60,116 bases of DNA from an uncultured Ktedonobacteraceae bacterium (GTDB taxonomy: Bacteria > Chloroflexota > Ktedonobacteria > Ktedonobacterales > Ktedonobacteraceae). The translations under genes and the position numbers were made by a program. This document shows, in pieces, positions 56,141 through 60,116 of this stretch (the stretch's first letter is position 1; the number at the start of each line of letters is the position of its first letter). The stretch is from positions 18,736-78,851 of the forward strand of contig CAXUIS010000002.1 in assembly GCA_964250915.1 (NCBI GenBank). The letters are read 5' to 3'. Below the pieces are notes generated by a model, which was not told where the DNA came from, did no database searches, and worked only from the letters and a program-made list of their open reading frames with translations.

Positions 56141-56698
56141 TTAGGGCAATGTATCACGATGAAGCTTGAAGAAAAAAGGTTGCTCCATCCCTTTAAGGTC
56201 CATCACCCCTAACAAGGTGTCGGAATCGATGAGACGAAATGTGTCGTAGATTGGTAGATTGTCGTAAATCATCGAGGCACTTACTTTCCCCCGATATTCT
56301 ACCATACGCACACGTGCTTTGGCCTTCCGGGTCTGCAACACAAAACGTACCGCAAGCAATACCCGTCGCAATAGCTTGATGCGTGGAATGGGCAATTTCA
56401 GTGCAAGCGAGAATGGGAGACGTTTAGGATCGAGCGCAAAAAGCTGACCATGACTATCGGAAAACAATAAGGGATGCACGTGGTCGCGGTCAAGAAACTC
56501 TTTCCCATACCAACCGAACGTCTCTAACAACCCATCCAATGGATGATGAGTCGAGATTTCAGTACCATGCCACCTGCCAATCATAGTGTCGATATTCACA
56601 ATAGGAAGTGCATCACACAACTCAAGTGCTTCTTGCATACTCATACGGTTTTTGTTTGCATGCTCTCGAAGCAATGCTATGTACTCAGTGTCTGGCAT
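56141..56698 (-). CDS. GXWXG/DUF4334 domain protein
   Basis: IGRWHGTEI (GXWXG) followed by a DUF4334-like C-terminal half. GAGGAG SD. Confidence 0.7.
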   Translation of the reverse strand: MPDTEYIALLREHANKNRMSMQEALELCDALPIVNIDTMIGRWHGTEISTHHPLDGLLETFGWYGKEFLDRDHVHPLLFSDSHGQLFALDPKRLPFSLALKLPIPRIKLLRRVLLAVRFVLQTRKAKARVRMVEYRGKVSASMIYDNLPIYDTFRLIDSDTLLGVMDLKGMEQPFFFKLHRDTLP

Positions 56699-56850
56699 AT
56701 ATTCTCCTCTAGTAGCGAGACACGATCACCTCTAAAAATACTAAATCGGCTCACTGCCTTATTTTAACACATCGCCATTCTGTGAAAATGTGATACGATA
56801 CGAAGAGATGAAAGTTAAACGAAAATGAGTAACAGAGTAAACTTTCTCGC

Positions 56851-58116
56851 ATGAGTATGAAAAACAAAAAACAGGAACAAGAATTCCCTGAAGAGGAGAA
56901 ACGTAACTCTTATAGTGCCCTGCACCAGCGTGATTTTCGTCTTCTACTTGGTAGCGTCTTTCTTATGATGTTTGGACTGCAAATGCTGACGGTTGCTATC
57001 GGATGGGAGTTGTACAACCGTACTGGCTCCGCTCTCGTACTTGGTGGAATAGGATTAGCACAGGTGATTCCGCTCATTATTCTTTTCTTGCCAGCCGGAT
57101 ACGCAGCCGACAACATCAGCCGCAAGTACATTCTCATTGTCACTCAAACACTCTCACTACTAGCCTCGCTAGGGCTAGCCATACTCTCTTTTCAACGTGG
57201 CCCGCTACTATGGATATACGGGTGTCTCATTTTACTAGGTGCGGCTCAATCTTTCAGTGCTCCTTCCAGTTCCGCAATCGTTTCGCAGGTAATACCTGAG
57301 CATGCATTTGAAAATGCCATAACGTGGCGCAGTAGTGCTACGCAGTTATCCGCAGTCCTGGGACCAACGACCGGTGGCTTTTTGATCGGGGTGTTTGGCG
57401 GTGCAAGTGATGTTTATCTATTCAGTGCTACCTGTTATCTCTTCGTCATTCTATTCCTACTTTTCATGCACGTTGGACCACAGAAAGCGTCTTCTGCCTC
57501 AAATAGAAAGCTGAGTTCGTTAATTGACGGAATTCGTTTTTTAGGACGCACGAAGGTCATGTTAGCAGCAATCACGCTCGACCTGTTCGCGGTCCTGCTG
57601 GGTGGTGCCGTCACGCTACTACCTATTTTTGCAAAAGATATTCTCCACGTGGGACCATTCGGTCTAGGAACTCTACAAGCCGCATCATCAATTGGAGCAG
57701 TGAGCATGGCACTCACGCTAGCACATCAGCCCGCGTTTAAGAGAGCCGGTCCGGTCTTGTTGCTAGCAGTAAGCGGATTTGGAGTTGCAACAATCATCTT
57801 TGGCCTCTCGCACTGGTTCTGGCTCTCATTTTTGATGCTACTCATCCTCGGCGCGTTAGATAATATTAGCGTTGTCATTCGCGCCACACTCATTCTCGTT
57901 CGCACCCCCGACGAAATGCGAGGACGTGTCGGTGCCGTCAACTCGCTTTTCATTGGCACTTCCAACCAACTTGGTAGCTTTGAATCGGGCGTAACCGCAC
58001 AATTGCTCGGCCCTGTTGGTTCAGTTGTTCTTGGTGGAATTGGCACGATACTCATTGTGGTACTCGTAGTTATCCTCTGGCCGGAAATGCGGCATCTTAG
58101 TACCTTACGAGAGTAG
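56851..58116 (+). CDS. MFS transporter (EntS/DUF894-like)
   Basis: 12 TM helices; RDFRLLLGSVFL start typical of this MFS subgroup. Confidence 0.8.
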   Translation: MSMKNKKQEQEFPEEEKRNSYSALHQRDFRLLLGSVFLMMFGLQMLTVAIGWELYNRTGSALVLGGIGLAQVIPLIILFLPAGYAADNISRKYILIVTQTLSLLASLGLAILSFQRGPLLWIYGCLILLGAAQSFSAPSSSAIVSQVIPEHAFENAITWRSSATQLSAVLGPTTGGFLIGVFGGASDVYLFSATCYLFVILFLLFMHVGPQKASSASNRKLSSLIDGIRFLGRTKVMLAAITLDLFAVLLGGAVTLLPIFAKDILHVGPFGLGTLQAASSIGAVSMALTLAHQPAFKRAGPVLLLAVSGFGVATIIFGLSHWFWLSFLMLLILGALDNISVVIRATLILVRTPDEMRGRVGAVNSLFIGTSNQLGSFESGVTAQLLGPVGSVVLGGIGTILIVVLVVILWPEMRHLSTLRE

Positions 58117-58159
58117 TATCCATTTATAATCAGACATTTGTTAAAACTAGGAAAAAGAA

Positions 58160-58416
58160 ATGCAACCAAAACCAGAAAACTTTGGTACCTCTTATGCTGA
58201 GGCATTTAAAGATTCGCATGTCGTTGAAGCATATCGCTTTCGTCCTCCTTATCCTCAGGAGGTTTTTGCTATGCTTGCCTCGCTCATGGTTGATGAGCCG
58301 AAAGCGGTTCTTGATGTTGGCACTGGCTTAGGTGACATCGCTCGTCCTCTCGTGGAACTTGTCGAACGGGTCGATGCCGTTGATTTTTCGCAAAATATGA
58401 TCGAACAGGGCAAGTC
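58160..58416 (+). pseudogene. Class I SAM-dependent methyltransferase, N-terminal 86 codons only
   Basis: VLDVGTGLGDIA (motif I) and VDAVDFSQNMI (motif II) are present. The frame then runs into repeat DNA (GTRKGMLST...GGASPCGCPG), and the rest of the fold is absent before the convergent M20 gene. Confidence 0.65.
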
Positions 58417-58686
58417 AAGCCAGGGCACCCGCAAGGGGATGCTTTCAACAGTAGGTTTTTTGGAGAACGCCCGAAAGGAGCGAATTGCGTCTTTTTCTGG
58501 CATGAAAATGCCAGAAAAAGCAACGGAATTATCGGTATTGCCTTTCTTGTATGCATTTTTGACCATCTTTTGGTACCTTTCCAAAAAACCTACTGTTGAA
58601 AGGCAAGGGGATGCCCCTCCCATAGACGAACTCGCTTCCCTGGTACATCGTTGTATGGGAGGGGCATCCCCTTGCGGGTGCCCTGG
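58417..58686. repeat. Family A palindromic repeat, copy 2, interrupted by a nested insertion
   Basis: Left arm AAGCCAGGGCACCCGCAAGGGGATG (58417-58441). It resumes at 58603 with GCAAGGGGATGCCCCTCCCATA, a 29-nt loop, and the right arm TATGGGAGGGGCATCCCCTTGCGGGTGCCCTGG (58654-58686). Confidence 0.85.
58442..58602. mobile_element. 161-bp MITE-like element with 23-bp perfect terminal inverted repeats and an 11-bp target-site duplication
   Basis: TIRs CTTTCAACAGTAGGTTTTTTGGA (58442-58464) and TCCAAAAAACCTACTGTTGAAAG (58580-58602). Flanking direct repeats GCAAGGGGATG at 58431-58441 and 58603-58613. Removing the element plus one repeat restores the family A consensus. Internal 12-bp hairpin at 58491-58520. 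No ORF. Confidence 0.75.
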
Positions 58687-58713
58687 TCCCTATCCAGTCC
58701 TTAAGTTAACGCT

Positions 58714-58741
58714 TATGGGGCATCCCCTTGCGGGTACCCTG
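58714..58741. repeat. Family A solo right arm (degenerate)
   Basis: TATGGGGCATCCCCTTGCGGGTACCCTG versus the consensus TATGGGAGGGGCATCCCCTTGCGGGTGCCCTG (2-nt deletion, 1 substitution). Confidence 0.6.
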
Positions 58742-58765
58742 AACTCATCAAAAACATCTTTGAGA

Positions 58766-60004
58766 TTATTTATCACTTGTTGTCACTGCGGCGAGCAGAC
58801 CTGCTAGCAACGCTACGCGACTCGGTACGGACGATAGAAGCACGTATTCGTTAGCAGTATGCGCCCCACCTCCTAGAGCACCAAGACCATCAATAGATGG
58901 GCAGCCCTCTGTCGCCGTAGTGCAACAATCTGATGCTCCTCCCCTTGTCTCAGGGTCGAACGGGACCTTGAGCATATGTTCAGCAATCAACTGGACTTGA
59001 GAGGCCATGAACAGGCTCTTTTCAGTCGCTTCCATCGGCTGCATCCAATCCGGTTCGGGACGCAATGTAAGCGTCACATCCGGCACGAGTTGATTGTGTA
59101 ACAACTCGTACCAATAGCGTTCAGCTTCGAGACGGTCTTCTAAACGGAGGAAGCGAAGATCAAAGATAATCTCGGCGAAATCGGACACGATATTTGCTCG
59201 TGAGCCGCCCGTTATGGGACCCGCATTGATCGTCATACTCTCACGCCATCCCATTAATTGCTGAGCCTGGACAATCTGCTGTGCAAGTTCCAGCACAGCA
59301 TTACGTCCACTCTCAGGACTGCTTCCCGCGTGAGCTGCTACGCCGTGGGCTGTAAGTCTGTAGTGCACACATCCCTTACGTCTCGTAACCACATTTCCAA
59401 TGGAACCTGCCCCTTCCAACCCTAGCACAAGAGGAGAATGCTCCCTGACGATTTTCCGAATCAGCTCAACGTGATAACGGGAAGAAATTTCTTCATCTGG
59501 TACGGACACAAAGAGAATTTTGTGAAAATTTTTATAGCCCTGTTGTTTAAGAATTTCTAAGGCATAGACACCTTGGAGTAGGCCAGCTTTCATGTCTACC
59601 GTCCCCGGACCATAGAACCTTTCTCCTTCAATACGCGTACGTGATAGCGCGACACCGACAGAGTGTACAGTATCATGATGTCCAAGCAGAAGGCACACAG
59701 GAGCATTGGAGTTATTTCCGGTAAGAGTTCCCATAACAGCGTTGCCACGTGAGTGTTCCACAATTGATGTCTGCATGCCCACCTGTTGAAGTAGGGTCGC
59801 AAGATGGTTTGCCATCTCATTCAGTCCGTAGAGATTGTCTGACGGCGATTCGATGAGACAGAGTGTTTGTAAGTCCTGAAGAAAGCGCGGCATAGCATCT
59901 TCCATAGAGGGAATGCTACTACTCACGAGTGTATGAATAATTTCGTCTGATGCATCCTGAGACTCTTCAAGAGATGGGTGCTGATTTTTATTTGGATGGT
60001 GCAT
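58766..60004 (-). CDS. M20 family metallopeptidase (carboxypeptidase G2 / ArgE-like)
   Basis: LLLGHHDTVH, GPGTVDMKAG, VPDEEISS and C-terminal GGGAHTANE motifs. ATG at 60004 with GGGAG upstream (GTG at 60028 possible). Confidence 0.85.
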   Translation of the reverse strand: MHHPNKNQHPSLEESQDASDEIIHTLVSSSIPSMEDAMPRFLQDLQTLCLIESPSDNLYGLNEMANHLATLLQQVGMQTSIVEHSRGNAVMGTLTGNNSNAPVCLLLGHHDTVHSVGVALSRTRIEGERFYGPGTVDMKAGLLQGVYALEILKQQGYKNFHKILFVSVPDEEISSRYHVELIRKIVREHSPLVLGLEGAGSIGNVVTRRKGCVHYRLTAHGVAAHAGSSPESGRNAVLELAQQIVQAQQLMGWRESMTINAGPITGGSRANIVSDFAEIIFDLRFLRLEDRLEAERYWYELLHNQLVPDVTLTLRPEPDWMQPMEATEKSLFMASQVQLIAEHMLKVPFDPETRGGASDCCTTATEGCPSIDGLGALGGGAHTANEYVLLSSVPSRVALLAGLLAAVTTSDK

Positions 60005-60100
60005 AAAGTTTGCTTCTCCCTCTTCCACGCTCGCAGTCGCTTCGAGTATTTTTCACAATGATTGTAGTAGTCTGTCAAACTCAATGTGTCACCGAAACGA

Positions 60101-60116
60101 GGGCACCCGCAAGGGG
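60101..60116. repeat. Start of another family A repeat, cut by the window edge
   Basis: GGGCACCCGCAAGGGG is identical to the left-arm core at 25267-25282 and 58423-58438. Confidence 0.6.

Noticed and set aside
1-60116. CRISPR array
   Set aside because: The repeated palindromes (families A and B and the unique hairpins) are not regularly spaced direct repeats separated by unique spacers, and no cas genes are present.

Overview
Densely coding 60.1-kb bacterial chromosomal segment with roughly 55 protein genes, 2 tRNA genes, one stand-alone IS200/IS605-type tnpB, several pseudogene scars and two families of dispersed palindromic repeats. I saw no rRNA and no CRISPR array. Left to right: VKOR-like oxidoreductase; tRNA-Arg(CCG); DUF2267; competence genes comEA-comEC; a zinc-ribbon membrane protein; a tyrosine-recombinase-like gene with degenerate catalytic residues directly downstream of tnpB; an ArsR plus RcnA-like metal efflux pair; an operon headed by an unusual CysRS-glycosyltransferase-His-tail fusion; a Fur-family regulator plus NiCoT Ni/Co permease; DUF1786, S51 peptidase and PucR; MiaB; GH5 cellulase; PaaK-like ligase; HAD phosphatase; and tRNA-Sec (selC). 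Next comes a TetR-controlled beta-oxidation-like cluster that is visibly decaying: an internally deleted acyl-CoA dehydrogenase, and a single-frame CocE-SDR chimera with two TGG->TAG changes. Then a LacI/GH3/sugar-ABC operon punctuated by perfect 26- and 32-bp hairpins; a second LacI with amidohydrolase and AstE-like genes; and a 1196-aa HTH-NB-ARC-WD40x14 STAND protein divergent from a sigma-like/TrpD-like/NCS1-permease group. The window ends with Uma2, DUF4334, MFS, a methyltransferase gene truncated by nested repeat insertions, and an M20 peptidase. Taxon guess, a weak inference from gene content only: a large-genome Chloroflexota (Ktedonobacteria-like) organism. The best candidates for something new are (1) the CysRS-GT2 fusion operon, (2) the STAND locus with its divergent sigma-like/TrpD-like genes, (3) tnpB paired with a pseudo-recombinase, and (4) the palindromic repeat family carrying a nested MITE with a clean target-site duplication. 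All family assignments come from motif recognition by eye; no searches were run.
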